Positions 36,439-49,293 of a stretch of 64,000 nt of DNA are shown here, one piece after another. The notes under the pieces are model-generated. The model searched no databases. It saw nothing but the letters and a program-made list of their open reading frames with translations, and had not been told where the DNA came from. This stretch comes from Fistulifera solaris. Its lineage: Eukaryota. The DNA lies in contig AP026164.1 in NCBI GenBank assembly GCA_030295235.1, forward strand, positions 1,860,001-1,924,000, in the 5' to 3' direction. Position numbers and translations under genes: made by a program. Numbering within the stretch: the first letter of the stretch is position 1; each line of letters opens with the position of its first letter.

Positions 36439-36542
36439 GGAAAGGACGTCAAAATTGTGCCACAAGTATCTGGTACTCCGTATAAGATTCTACGTACTAG
36501 AGAGTGGCGTCTACGACGAGGTACAATTTTAACGCCGTTTCC
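36439..36542. repeat. Dispersed hairpin/inverted-repeat element, copy 2
   Basis: Arms GGAAAGGACGTCAAAATTGTGCCAC and GAGGTACAATTTTAACGCCGTTTCC. Arms and part of the interior are homologous to the reverse complement of 23952-24032. Confidence 0.7.
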
Positions 36543-37026
36543 TTTCTAAATAAAGTCTGAACGGTCAAGAGGCGGGCGCGGTACCTGGTACCGGTACCAG
36601 TATCAGAGATCATTGAGGTTCAAGTTCAGGAGGCTAAAGCAAGCAGATCGCTTCTTCACCGATTAAGTGAATTATTACTTTACTACATTTAACCCCTGAG
36701 ACTGTGCTGGTGGTGTCGTTCATTCTCACTTTGGGAGCGAAACGACTTCATGAATGAACCATAACGACATGAACGGTCATCGAGAAAGGAATAACAGATT
36801 GCAGGTAACAGCTCAGATTTGTTGACTTTCTAGGTGCTCGGAAAAACACATCTCGCTACAGAAATAAGTTGCAACGAGGACTCTGGAGTCGTCCAAGAAA
36901 TTCTCGATAGGTCCCAAATGCAAACTTAAAAACCGCTGCAGTCATGGCATCAGGCTATCAACAAAGCAAAAAAAGAAAAATAAGAGAAACTAGATCATCA
37001 TGCGCCTTCACATTAGTATCAATTTT

Positions 37027-38650
37027 TTAATACTCTTCGCCACCAGCATCATCACCGGTATCTGCGCCGACTTCTTCGTAGTCCTTCTCCAACGCCGCCA
37101 AATCCTCACGGGCCTCAGAGAATTCACCCTCCTCCATACCTTCGCCGACATACCAGTGCACAAAGGCACGCTTGGCGTACATGAGATCGAACTTGTGATC
37201 AATGCGGCTCAAGGCTTCGGCGATTGCCGTGGTGTTGGCCACCATGCATACGGCACGCTTCAAGGCAGCCAAGTCACCTCCCGGAACTTCCATCGGCGGC
37301 TGGTAGTTGATACCGCACTTGAATCCGGTGGGGCACCAGTCCACGAACTGAATGGTGCGCTTGGTCTTGATGGTAGCAACGGCCGCATTGACGTCCTTGG
37401 GGACAACGTCTCCACGGTACATGAGACAGCAGGCCATGTACTTTCCGTGACGAGGATCGCACTTGGTCATCATGCTCGAGGGCTCAAAGACCGAGTTGGT
37501 GATTTCGGCAACCGAAAGCGACTCATGGAAAGCCTTCTCAGCCGAAATGACGGGAGCGTAAGAGGTCAACATGAAGTGGATACGAGGGTAGGGGACCAGG
37601 TTGGTCTGGAACTCGGTAACATCGACGTTGAGGGCTCCATCGAAACGAAGGGAAGCAGTCAAAGAGGAGATAACCTGAGCAATCAAACGGTTCAAGTTGG
37701 TGTAGGTGGGAGTCTCGATATCCAAGTTACGACGGCAAACATCATAGAGCGCTTCGTTGTCGAGGCAAAAGGTGCAGTCTGTGTGCTCCAAAAGGGCGTG
37801 CGTCGACAAGACGGAGTTGTAAGGCTCAACAACTGCCGTAGACACTTGCGGCGAGGGAGAGACGGCGAACGAAAGCTTGCTTTTGCGGCCATAGTCAACC
37901 GAGAGGCGTTCCAGGAGGAGACTGCCAAGACCCGAACCAGTACCACCACCAGTAGCATGGAAGACCAAAAAACCTTGCAGACCGGTGCAGTTGTCGGCGA
38001 GCTTGCGGATGCGATCGAGGACGAGGTCGACAATTTCCTTGCCCGTGGTGTAATGACCACGAGCGTAGTTATTGGCGGCATCCTCCTTTCCGTTGATGAT
38101 CTGCTCTGGGTGGTACAACTGGCGGTAAGCTCCTGAGCGCACTTCGTCACAGACCGTGGGCTCGAGATCGACGTACACAGCACGGGGGACGTGCTTTCCC
38201 GAAGATGTCTCGCTGAAGAAGGTGTTGAAGCTGTCATCCGAGCTACCAATGGATTTGTCGTTGGGCTATAATGATAGTTGGGTGAAGCGTGAGATATCTG
38301 GATCCTAAGGAGTCGACAAACGAGCGTCTGTTTCACAGCAACGTACCATATCACCGTCCGGTGTGATGCCATGCTCAAGACAGTAAAGTTCCCAGCACTG
38401 GTTTCCTGTCTGGATACCAGCCTGACCCAAGTGGAGCGAAATGCATTCTGGAAAGGAAAAACAGTGAAAGAATAATCTGTGAGAGCTTTTTATTTTCAGT
38501 GACAAAAAAGTCATCCTGCCGATCTGGGCTGTAGGCTCTCGTAGAAAGTGTACCAAGGACGGCGGCGGACCGTCATTTTTGGTGCCTCGTCGCCGTTGTA
38601 GCGAGTTTAGCAGGCCAAACACGCAAGCGAATCTACCACTTACCACGCAT
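37027..38650 (-). CDS. TUBA: Alpha-tubulin
   Basis: Exons 38650-38644, 38447-38347 and 38265-37027 give [13 protein letters not shown].., GGGTGSG, and C-terminal EEY. Confidence 0.98.
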
Positions 38651-39073
38651 GATGTTCAAGTAAAGCTAAAAAGTAAAAGTAACGAAGATAAAAAAGGCAA
38701 TGGAAGCAAACTCTCACGACAAGAATTGCACCAAAGATTTGTGTTGTGTACCATTGCGTTTGCTGCGGCCGCTTCGTCGGAGCCAAAAATCATCGCTTCA
38801 CGAAAAACGCAGGGACATATTATTTTTTCGACTTTGCTGTGTCGCAGTACATTCCTACTATCGATTCAAATGTACAACACCATTCAAAGGATGCTATCTC
38901 AAAGAGTGTACTTGGCGGTGTCGTGTTGGTGCCGTCATGTTCAGGAACCAAATCCGCACTCGTGACTCCTTGAGAAATCCGCGTGCTTCGGTCTGCTTCG
39001 CGTGTTTGCTCGTCTTGGGTTTTTCATTGCAATTCAAGTCGCTTAAACACGCAGTATTTGAACCAATATTAGA

Positions 39074-39806
39074 ATGAATTCTATCGGACAACAGCTCGAG
39101 AGCTACTTAGCCAGCGGCAATCAAGAAGAAGCCAAGACGCTGCTCAATCAGGTCAAACTCGCACTCCTGACGCAACCTCTCGATGTGAATGAACAAGCTC
39201 AAGCAGTGGCGGCGCTCGAAATCGGTGTACTATTAGCCATTCAAGCGGAAGATCTCGACTTGTTTGGCAGAACGGTGGCTTTGATTCAACCCTACTATTC
39301 AAAAACAGCCCGACAACACCGCGACGGTTGCTCGTCATCGGATTGCACCTCATGCATCTGCTCGTTGAAAACCGTCTCAGCGAATTTCATTCGCAATTGG
39401 AGCTTTGACCGAAGAAGAGGCGGTTACACCGTTTATTAGCTTTCCCGTGGGTCTCGAGCGGCAGTTGATGGTGGGAATTTACGATGAAATTTTGGCCGTG
39501 AAGGCACCGGACGCTTCGTATCAAATCTTTCTCGATTTGACGGTACAGACGGTACGAGATGCCATCGCCGACTGCATGGAAGTCTCGTACGAGTCACTTA
39601 CGACGAAACAAGCTGCGGAAATTATGAAGTTCGACTCGACACAAGAACTTCTTGAATACGTGCAGGAATCGAGGGATGACTGGATCTTGCAAGGCGACGT
39701 CCTGACATTCCAACCCGTAGCGTCTTCTGGAGCACAAGATATTCCTTCTATGGAGTGGATTGAGCAATCGCTCACGTACGCTACTGAAATGGAGCGCATT
39801 GTGTAA
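39074..39806 (+). CDS. RPN12: 26S proteasome lid subunit Rpn12/PSMD8
   Basis: LEIGVLLAI..D...F....QPYY, GLHLMHLLVENRLSEFHSQLE (alternate frame), LERQLMVGIY, TVRDAIADC and YATEMERIV*. Two 1-nt frameshifts (~39320, ~39405). Confidence 0.9.
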
Positions 39807-39900
39807 AAGTAACTTCTATGAGTAACTCATATCTTGGCGATGGTTTAAGAAGTTATACGCTTGCTTTATATGAATGCAATAAAATTTCCTTTTTGATCTT

Positions 39901-40695
39901 TTACTTCTCTGATCGGCCACAAAATACTTCGGTTGTAAAAATCACAGGTGAAGAAACGGTCACACTGAGCGGGATGCCGTTTGGTTCGTTTACTTCCTGC
40001 GCGATCCGATTCGAGGTCGAGACCATACCGTTGAATGAAGATGGATAATCGGTCAGATTCCATTCGAAACCAGTTAGTGTCATAGACTCACACGGTGCTC
40101 CAAGTGGAATGATTCCGCAAGTTTGTCCCTCACCAACATGATTCGTAGAGTCTCCTGACAATGGAGGTAACGCCAATTCGATACGATTTTCAACATGAGC
40201 TGGAAGTAGAAACGCCATTGTACAATCGTCGTACAGCCAAAGAGATTGCAGTCTCGGTTCCTCTGCCCAATGATACAACCGGCTCATCGAAGCCATGACT
40301 TGATCGAACCGTCCACCAAATGCCCCAAATACACAGCACTGACTGCAGTCATAATCATTCACCGCTGCCAAAAGGGCCTTTTCTAAATCATTCATGTTCT
40401 GATCATAAAATTTTCGAATGGTCACACCAATCTTTTCGTAATGCTCTCGTGTTTCAGAAGTTAACGAATCCAAATCTCCGACAATCAAATCGGGTGTCAA
40501 CTGACGCTGTGCAGCACGCAACCGATTGGCTCCTCCATCGGCACAGATGCGCACTTGCGCCGAATTCCACAGCTGTGTAAACAAAGGACTCGGCTCGTCG
40601 CCGAGGGGGCTGTTAAGTATGATGAGGGCTCGTTTGTGGGCCGAAGCGAGTAAAGGACTTTTGTGGTAAACAATCGGGCGTTCATTCGTTGACAT
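39901..40695 (-). CDS. TPK1: Thiamine pyrophosphokinase
   Basis: LIILN, CADGGANRL, GDLDS, DQNMNDLEKAL, GAFGGRFDQ, CGIIPLG, GFEWNL and VSTSN motifs, all intact. Confidence 0.93.
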   Translation of the reverse strand: MSTNERPIVYHKSPLLASAHKRALIILNSPLGDEPSPLFTQLWNSAQVRICADGGANRLRAAQRQLTPDLIVGDLDSLTSETREHYEKIGVTIRKFYDQNMNDLEKALLAAVNDYDCSQCCVFGAFGGRFDQVMASMSRLYHWAEEPRLQSLWLYDDCTMAFLLPAHVENRIELALPPLSGDSTNHVGEGQTCGIIPLGAPCESMTLTGFEWNLTDYPSSFNGMVSTSNRIAQEVNEPNGIPLSVTVSSPVIFTTEVFCGRSEK

Positions 40696-41351
40696 GATAG
40701 AAACTGTGTCCTTTTTTGAATGGGTGAACGGTGGGTGGAAGTCAAAGACGCGAGGACTCGACGTGTGCGGGTTCGGGATGTTCTCGAAGCCTTTCAAAGC
40801 AATTGGGATGAGAGAACCCACTTGCTTTAATCCTCGAATACCTTCTTGAGATTATTGCGAGGCAGTATTATTTCTATTTCTCGACCGAAACAATAAACGT
40901 TGGCTCGTCTCTATCGTCTTCTCTTACAGAGAAGAGGGTCGTTCACGATGCGATGCGATGAGGTTAGGGAAGTGTCTGCTTTCAACCGTTTGAGTTTACT
41001 GTATATGCGCTTATTGTACATGCCTATAAAGCAGTGCGACACCGGTCGACGAAACAACTTTCGACAAGATCATTCACCGTGTAATTATTGCGACAAAATG
41101 GTCGCCCTTTGCTTGTTAACATTGTAATTAAAAGTATGTATTTTATCGATTTAGCACGACAAGGCTTATTGTCTGTCTGTCTTGAAGCTTATATGGTGAT
41201 GGCGAAGGGGAAAGCACATCTATGTAATTTAATTTACAACGAAGCCGCCTTGGGAAGCAATGGACGCGTTTTGGTGACTCTGCTTACAAACCCGATCGAT
41301 TCCGTTTTCATGTGTCGATCCGATGAAATTGATCCTTACAGAACGGGTAGG

Positions 41352-41862
41352 AATGATTTTATTGTCATTCGCAAATTTTCTTTGACGAGAAGGTGATTTG
41401 AGACCATCCATCAATTTGATAGGAAATTCTTACTGGTCACCCTTTAGACGTGAATCGCATGTAATATGAGCGATTCGAGCGGAAGATCTCGACTTGTCTT
41501 GGGAAACCAATGGTTTTTATTTATACAAATGATTTGCAAGACGGCCCGACAACGCCGCTACGATTCCTTGTCATCGATTTGCGTCTGATGCATGTGCTCG
41601 CCGATTATTTTGTAGCCGCATAGAGTCACTTACGACGAAACAAGCTGTAGTACGATAAACTCTCCATTTTAATTTTAATTTTAATATGAAATTTGATTCG
41701 ATTCAAGAGGTTATTGAAGAAAGTTCAGAAGCGGGGAATGACCGATGGTGCAGGGTGACGTCCTAACATTTCAGCCTATAGTGTCTTCTGGGCACAAGAT
41801 ATTTGCTTTCTATCGAGCAGACCGAGCATTTTTTACCACAGAAAAGGATCGCAATGTATAAA
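41352..41862 (+). pseudogene. Degenerate duplicate of RPN12
   Basis: Colinear blocks matching 39074-39806, e.g. GCGGAAGATCTCGACTTGT, GAGTCACTTACGACGAAACAAGCTG, GACGTCCT.ACATT and GTCTTCTGG, with deletions and no ORF. Confidence 0.85.
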
Positions 41863-41945
41863 ATGTAAGAAAACTAATATGATTTTTTTGGTGATTCAAG
41901 CCTCTAGACATGCCCTTCTCGTTATGCAACAAGTATACATGCTGG

Positions 41946-43840
41946 CTACTTTTCTGGTTTACCAGAGAAGACTTCCGCTGTGAAAATCACAGGTGAAGAA
42001 ACGGTCACACTGAGTGGGATCCCGTTCGGCTCGTCTGCTTCTTGTGCAATCCGCTTCGAAATCAATTCCATATCTTTGAATGGAGATGGATAATCGGTCA
42101 GATTCGATTCGAAACCAGTTAGTGTCATAGATTTACACGGTGCTCCAAGTGGTATGATTCCGCACGTCCGCCCCTCACCAACATGATTTGTAGTGTCCCC
42201 TGACAAAGGCGGTAACGCTAATTCAATACGATTTTCAACATGAGCTGGAAGTAGAAACGCCATGGTAGAATCATCGTATAGCCAAAGCGATTGCAGTTTC
42301 GGTTCCTCTGTCCAATGAAACAACCGGACTTGATCGAACCGCCCATTTACTGCTCCAAACACACAGCACTCACTGCACTCAAAGAAACTTACTGTTGCCC
42401 GTAGCGCCATTTCTACAGCATCCTTGCTGCTCTGACCACCAGTATCAACCTTTTCAATGGCCACACCAGATTTCTTGTAATATTCACGCGTTTGGGAAGT
42501 CAATGATTCCAAATCACTGACGATCAAATCGGGCTTCCAGAGCAGGTGAGCCACACGCAACCAATTGGCTCCACCACCGGCACAGATGCGAACTTTAGCC
42601 GAATTCCACAGCTGTTCAAACAGAGGACTTGGCTCGTTGCTGAAGCGGCTGTTTGTGATGATGAGCGCTCGATCGTTGTCCAAAGCGAGCAGAGGACTTC
42701 TATGAACAACAATCGGGCGTTCCTGTCGTGCCTCCGTTTGCAGGCCATCGTGACGAAGAAACATTTTACGCGTGGTGGGAAGCAACAAACCCGACTTCCA
42801 ATCCTGGTTCAAGAAAGATGATTGATTCTTCCCCATTGCTTGACCATCTTCATCCGTGTGCTTGAATTGGGTGTTGTTCTCAATCTGGTCCGGTGTCTCC
42901 CTTTCCGTGGATCGCTTTAGAGGGACGCTGCTTTCTTTGCCAGTCTCTTCATCACGCAAAGAAGATCGCTTTTTGTTGCTTGAGTCTCCAAGCGATCGAC
43001 GGAAACGTTCTTCTGCAAATGAGCCAATAATTCTTCGTCCGGTGTCACTTTTGATTTCTTCTCTTGTGCAGTAGGATTCGCTTCATTGTTGTCAAGCGCT
43101 TGCTTCTTCAAAGGTTTGGTCGGTGTTGAATCTTCTTTTGTTGCACTCTTCCGCTTCATGTACGTCGCTTCGACAACAAATCTCGCTGCACCTGCTTTTG
43201 AGAGATGCTCCTTGCTACCGTCACAGGCCTCGTTCGGGCGGCCTCCTTGGTCTTCCCCACAAGAAAGGAGCATACCAATAGGTGGCTTTTCATGTGTGAA
43301 TTTTGCGGTGGATATCTCACGGCTAGTAGTTTGTGACGAGGACATGGTTGCAGACTCAACATCGGTCACACGGTCATCCTTGTGTTCCTCTTCCTTACAA
43401 CTTTTTCCCTGAAGCTCTGCTTCAGCTTCAATTCGACGGAGTTTTCGCATGATGGGAAGCAACAATTCCGAATCCGTTTCTTTGTTTAGGAAAGATGATT
43501 GATTCTTCCCCATTGCTTGACCATCTCCATCCGTGTGCTCGACTTGGTTGTTGTTCTTGGTCTGGTCCGGTGTCTTTCTTTCCGTGGATCGCTTTAGAGG
43601 GATGCTGCTATCTTCGTCTGTCTCTTCATCACACAAAGAAGAACGCTTTTTCGTTGCTTGAGTCGCCTCCAAGTGATCAATGGAGACTTTCTTCTGTAAA
43701 TGAGCCACTGATTCTACGTCCGGTGCCACGTTCGAATTCTTCTCTTTTGTGGTGGAAGTCGCTTTTCTGTTTCCACGCTCATGCTTGTTCGATTGTTTTG
43801 TCGGCATCGAATCTTCTCTCGATGCAATCTTCCGCTTCAT
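41946..43840 (-). CDS. TPK paralog with degenerate active site, fused to a K/E/S/T-rich N-terminal region with two ~138-aa repeats
   Basis: 41946-42722 is a close paralog of 39901-40686. ORFs 42917-43840 and 41946-42959 join by +1 nt at a T-run (~42975). May be a pseudogene. Confidence 0.65.
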
Positions 43841-43868
43841 GCTCGTCGCTTCAACAACAAATCTCGCT
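42777..43868. repeat. Two ~414-bp direct repeats (42777-43190 and 43454-43868)
   Basis: Both start GGGAAGCAACAA, contain GAAAGATGATTGATTCTTCCCCATTGCTTGACCATC and TTCCGTGGATCGCTTTAGAGGGA, and end ACAACAAATCTCGCT. Confidence 0.92.
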
Positions 43869-43869
43869 A

Positions 43870-44640
43870 CTTCTTATTCGACCATAAGCTCCTTGTCATC
43901 GTCGTCGTATTGGATCAGGTACCCCTTACACGACAGCCGTCACTACCCTTAAATTGGTCAAGGGATACGGCTTCTCCACCAATTGACACAGATCTGCCTT
44001 TTTTATCCTCAAATGGCTTTTCTATGAGGGTACCAAGAGCAAATTTCTGAACCTCCGATGTCTCGCTATCGTGTTTCTCAGAGATTGTCGACTTCGTTGT
44101 GGCGCTTCTTGACGATGATTCTTCTTCCGACGCCGACCGATTCTCGGCACTATCATCCGACTCCTCATTTTCCTCAGCGCTTCTTGTTTTGATCTTGCGA
44201 GTTGGTTGAGATAAAGATGCAGGAACCTTTTGAATGCCGAGTACGCGACAGAATTTGGAAACCATACAAACTTTATATCATTCAATAGCTTCTCCCTCCA
44301 AGCTCAAATCGTCCCTTCTCGCTTGATCTTTCGTTGTTTTTTGATCCAATCGCACAGCTGCGGGTCTTCTTTAGCTGGGACTACCATGGTATCATTATCT
44401 TTTATATATTGCTTGTATCGCTTGTACAAATTGTTCCAATGCTCATCGTTTGCAATTTCTTTTTTTAGTGCGAGGCCTATGCTGCATTTCCATCATATCG
44501 ACTTCGTTCTCAGGAGACGCAACCGTCGATTTTTTATCCGATTTTTTACCCACTTGAAAAAAAGCCAGAGTCGAAAATGAATCCAGTTTCCTTTGTCGAA
44601 ATAATGATTGATATGCAAATGCGTTCTTGCGAGGCATGCT
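43870..44640 (-). pseudogene. Degenerate gene segment with helicase-associated (HA) domain and Tudor-like domain
   Basis: Reading: WNNLYKRYKQY..TMVVPAKEDPQLCDWIKKQR..GTI*AWREKLLNDIKFVW (HA pattern with in-frame TGA), then FALGTLIEKPF..G..(shift)YLIQYDDDDKELMVE*EVARF (Tudor-like pattern with in-frame TAA). Confidence 0.6.
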
Positions 44641-45614
44641 GTGTAAGAATGAATAGCGATGCAGCGGCGGCTTGTTGCTTATTCCCGCTCCCGACATGGA
44701 CCAAGACTTAATTACTAGTACCAGTATGTCCCCTACTACTTTAAATGTCATAGTACCTTTTCCGGTGGTACATTTTCTGTTGCCGCATTCACTCGTCCTC
44801 CGTCCTCAAACTAAGGTTAGTCGAAGAATTATCAATCATCAATCATCAAGTTGTCACGGCAACGCATTCCCATAGACAAAAGAACCACGCTCTCAGCGCA
44901 TTTGCGATCCAGTCAGGGAGAAAATCAACTCAATTCTTCTTTCCTTGCATTCAAAGAATAATATTCTCATTTCCGCCCAACATGGAGAGCTCGAGAAATG
45001 ACAACAGCCTTATCGAGCACGTCCTCGTAAGTTGGCGGATTGAATTGAAAAATCTTTCACATGCAACTTTCAAGCTCCCTTCCTTCCATTCTTCCCTCCG
45101 CAAAGTTGTCTGTCATTCATCCTTGGTTGATTGTTTGAATATACACTGTGAGTTTACGTTGGTGACAAAAGTGCTCTGTCGGGTAGATTTGCTGGAATGA
45201 TATTTAGCTATTACCCCGGAGTACATCAAAAGATCAACGAACGTCTCTTTCCCGCAACATGTAGGTCGAAACCGGTCGAGAAACAGATGTCGTTTCATCG
45301 CAGATCCTTGAGCGTAGCAAACACTATTTTGAGCATGTCCCGTCAACTCAGCTCTTGGTTTTTGTATTGGTTAAGCAGCAACAGTAAGATACAGCGTTAC
45401 GAAATAGCGATGCCAGCTTGTTCCGTTTCAAAAGTACGCCATTGAACCCCGCAACCGATTCCAGAGTGAATCAGAGAGTCCCATTCTGATTGCGATAACT
45501 CAACTGACATTGCTCTCTAAAAGCTTTGCGAGCCAAAATTCCTAGCTTCAAAGTATGTACCGATTGCGACCTCCGATAAACAGATGCCGTGCGCTGCCAA
45601 CAAAAAGACAAGGA

Positions 45615-45647
<33 letters not shown>
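45615..45647. repeat. (GTC)11 microsatellite
   Basis: Perfect trinucleotide tandem repeat. Confidence 0.95.
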
Positions 45648-45648
<1 letters not shown>

Positions 45649-46110
45649 TGATCGCTGACTTTGCAATAACCTTACCACCGATGCTGCAACAGCTTTCGAT
45701 CTTCCATCAACCTATACAAAGCTAACTGTGGCAAGATTCAGTGAAGTTAGTGTTGACGAATGCATCTGCAATAGTATAACCAATAAGCAACGATAGCCAT
45801 AATATCATCAATTATTATCCAAGCGCGTTCCATCGTCGGCCCATCATCTTTCGGGCCAGTTTTATTGAGTTTTGTGGCTACAGTCAGAATCAAACTGGCG
45901 TACCGTACTAGCGGTTGTTTTTAGTGGTCTGAAAACCAAAGAGATTTTCACGCCCGTTGTGGCACGGATGACGTGTTGACGTTATTATTTTCTGCTTTAT
46001 ACACGCAGAGCGTTTTCCTTTTGACGGCATAACTTATTCAGTTATTGAGTCGGAACGTCAAATAAATACAGTGTGCACTCGTCCAGACAATCTTTGTTAC
46101 GAGTACAATA

Positions 46111-46711
46111 ATGAAGAGCTCTATCGTCTTTTACTCCGTTCTTGCTTGTCTCGGGTGGAATCCGGCATTTTCCTTTGCTCCAACGTGTCACACGAAGTTG
46201 TCATCGAGGTCAGATTATCACGACAATTTTCAAAGAGATGCATTTCGTCAGAAGCATGAAAGAATCGATAGTACACTACTTTTTATGGCCGAGACAAACA
46301 CTGAAGGCCGAAAGTTACCATTCTGGTTGGATCCTGGAACGAAAGGAGGAGTCGTCTTCTTGTCGTTTGTTCTCTTCCTCGTTCCACTCTTGGCGTACAA
46401 TGTGGCGACAAATGTATTCGGCGCCGATGAAATTGAAACCGGCATTACGATTGGGGTCGGTTTCACGGTCTTTGCGACGGTAGCTTGGGTTTCGACTTAT
46501 ATTTTCCGAGTGGCGACGAAGGATATGACCTACGTAAGTACGGTGCCAACATCATGGTTTGTTTGAACATGCTCTAACAGAAGTGTTGAATCCTGGATAG
46601 GCCAAGCAATTGAAAGACTATGAGGATGCTGTTATCGCAAAGCGTCTAGAAGAACTAGACGAAGACGAAGTGAAAGCGTTACAAGAAGAGATTGAGCGTG
46701 ACGATTTTTAA
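46111..46711 (+). CDS. Plastid-targeted DUF3007-family membrane protein
   Basis: Signal plus 'AFS-FAP' motif, two TM segments, 'WVSTYIFRVATKDMTY|AKQLKDYEDAVIAKRLEEL'; intron 46534-46600. Confidence 0.8.
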
Positions 46712-46810
46712 AAGATTCCTCGGTTGGCAAACGTCGATAACTCAACGAACTAGACTAAGAAGTTGGAAAAGTATAGTACATAGCTATGTGTCGCATATGC
46801 TTATATTTTC

Positions 46811-48659
46811 CTAGTCGCTTTCTTCGCCTTCACTGGCGTCCCGCTTTGACTTTGATTTTCCTGTCTTTTTCGTCTGTGACCTGGATCGACGGATACTTGA
46901 CCCAGCACTTCCACTTCTTGATCGCGGAACGCCTCGACGGATCGTGGTGCTGACGCCACTTTCGTCAACATGTTCCTCTTCAGTATCGATGAGAGGGAGG
47001 ATCACTTCGCTCGTTCTGTTTGCCCTCGCTATCCCTGCGGCGAGGACGACGTGCTGCAGAATTCGAACGAGTTCTTCCCGAACCGCGACGGCCGCCCTCT
47101 CCCACATCAACATTGAAGCTGGCAAACGCCTCTGCTACTGCAGAGTCGTTTGCGTCCCATTCTCCTCCTGAAGCATCGAAGGAACCAGGAGCGCCGTCAA
47201 ATGCGGCAAAATCGCCGGCGAATGCATTGTTGTCGCTTCCAGCATTAAAGCCTTCAAAGAGATCAGTGTCGTTGGTGGTAGTGGCGGCGGCTCTTCGTCG
47301 TCGAGCAGCAGCGGAATTGGGATCCAATGCTTTCCCCTCTTTGGTTTTTCGACCATCGGTCTGAACGCCTTGACCATCCGTTCGATAGCTGCCCACACGG
47401 TCACTTTTCTTTTGACGCGATACTGGACTTCTAGAAGTGTCTTTTTCCGTCTTTTTGGGTTCCTTTTCTTTTTTTGGAGCTTTGGGTTCTTTGCGAGGGA
47501 GGAAGGGGTCTCCCCGAATAGACTGCGGAAAGGCAAAGAATGACTTCAGTCATATCGGCGCGAGCCTTAACATCCACGGTCAACATACGATCAATGAGTT
47601 CCGTAAGCCCGTCACCGTAGGGATTGTCTTCTGGGATCTTAAAATTGCGAGAAAGAATGGCGAGATTGGAACCTTCTTCGAAGCAATCTTGGAGGAACGC
47701 CATGGAATACAAACAGCACCCCAGCGCCCAAACATCGGTAGCCTGAGTCAGCTTTTTTGCCATGAACAAATCGACCATTTCAGGTGCGCGAAACATTTGA
47801 GTTGTTGTTTTTGTATTACCTCCTCTGCTTCGGACCTGGCCTGGGGAGTGTCCAGTTTCACGTGCCCGAAAACAGCCGATCCAAAATCACATAGCTTGTA
47901 TGCTCCCCCTTTCACCAAAAAAGTTGGCGGGCTTCAAGTCTCGGTGCACGATCGGAGGACGCTGTGCGTGTAGATACGACACCGCGTTACAGATCTGACC
48001 AAATGCAATGATAAGCGTGCTGAGATCAAATCTCATACCGGAAGCCATTAAGTTGTTGCAGACGTTCAGAGCGTGACCGCCCTCACAATACTCCATGAGA
48101 ATCAGATGCTGTGGGCGCTCTTTCTTGCCATCATCCTTGCTTCGAAACCCTCCTGACTTTTCGGTGGGAGGAGTTCTGTAACAGGCATCCACCATTTTGA
48201 TGATGGAAGGGTGCGAGAGCCTGGAGAGCAATTTCGCTTCCTTCTCTGCGATATCTCTTTGTTGCCTCGATATTATGGAAGTCACTTTTAAAACCAAATC
48301 GTCTTTCTTTCCTCCCGATGTTTCACTCGCGCGAGGAATGGCGTCATCTTTGTTGTGTTTTGATTTGCGACCATCATGACCTGTGTTATTCATATTATTC
48401 CCTCCCCCTACACCATCCGACAGTTCCCTTACTTGATACACGTAAGCAAATCCGCCTGTATCGCGTAGCAATTACTTTAGATAGTGTGGCATGGAAATGA
48501 AATATACGCATAGAAGACTGGAATAAATCATCATTCCTCCGGACCGACAAATCGCAACTCACCTTCACCGAGCAGCTTCATCACAGCAACTTGTCGCGAA
48601 TTTATACTAATTTTTTCACCGACAAGGCCGGCACCAAGACTTCCTTCACTTCCCGGCAT
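46811..48659 (-). CDS. NAK-family (AAK1/GAK/Ark1-like) Ser/Thr kinase
   Basis: LGEG|GFAYVY, VLK, MEYC.GG, PPIVHRDLKPAN, CDFGS, 'TTQMFRAPEMVDL' and DVWALGC. One intron near 48457-48562 and several frameshifts; acidic, Phe-containing disordered tail. Confidence 0.85.
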
Positions 48660-49293
48660 TTTTAAGTCAAATTGTCAACACGGCGAGTGAATTCGCTGCT
48701 ATTTAGCAACAGGAAGAGTGACTATGCCGAGACGACCTTGGAAATGAGCAATCTGGCAGCTGCACCTCCAGGGCTAATACTTCTGTGCGGTACCCGCCAA
48801 ACAATCTTATACCGAAGAAAAACGACAGTCGAAAGAACGAAGTTATCAAATGCCTTGTGTTTTCTTCGACTTTGATAGAGTAATAGTGTTTTTATCAGAA
48901 ATAAATAGAGAGACGACGAGAGAGCTGCATAATTTGCGTGATAGTCTTGTGCCTTCGCGTCTTGCCTATGTCTTGTGTGCGACACTGTGTGGCATTGCCT
49001 TTACAACGTACTGGTACCTGGTACTTGTTACCTTATACAAGAATCCGACCTGTTGGACAGTAGGACGGTTTGCTTTCATTTTCAAAGACGACTTGACATA
49101 GGTCTATACTGGTACTACGTGATTGAATAACTTATCCTCTCACTGTCTGAAATTGAAGTCATGAGTCATGAACACCCAACTACAGATTCTAAACTAAGTA
49201 AATTCGCTTCTTGATCGGGAGTTGTCGTTTTACTATGACTGTCATGGTTTGAAAAGACTGCTAACAACTCCAGGTCTCGCAAATCGACTTGGT

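Noticed and set aside
37000..38136. 378-aa ORF on + strand
   Set aside because: Antisense shadow of codon-biased alpha-tubulin; no independent motifs.
39806..41400. TPP riboswitch near the thiamine pyrophosphokinase genes
   Set aside because: Could not find the CUGAGA core with its P-stems by eye on the relevant strand.
44295..44315. In-frame TGA in the HA domain as selenocysteine or readthrough
   Set aside because: The position is not Cys-like, and another in-frame TAA plus frameshifts nearby point to decay.
44880..45650. Short minus-strand ORF fragments upstream of the HA segment
   Set aside because: Multiple stops and no recognisable domain; cannot support a gene call.
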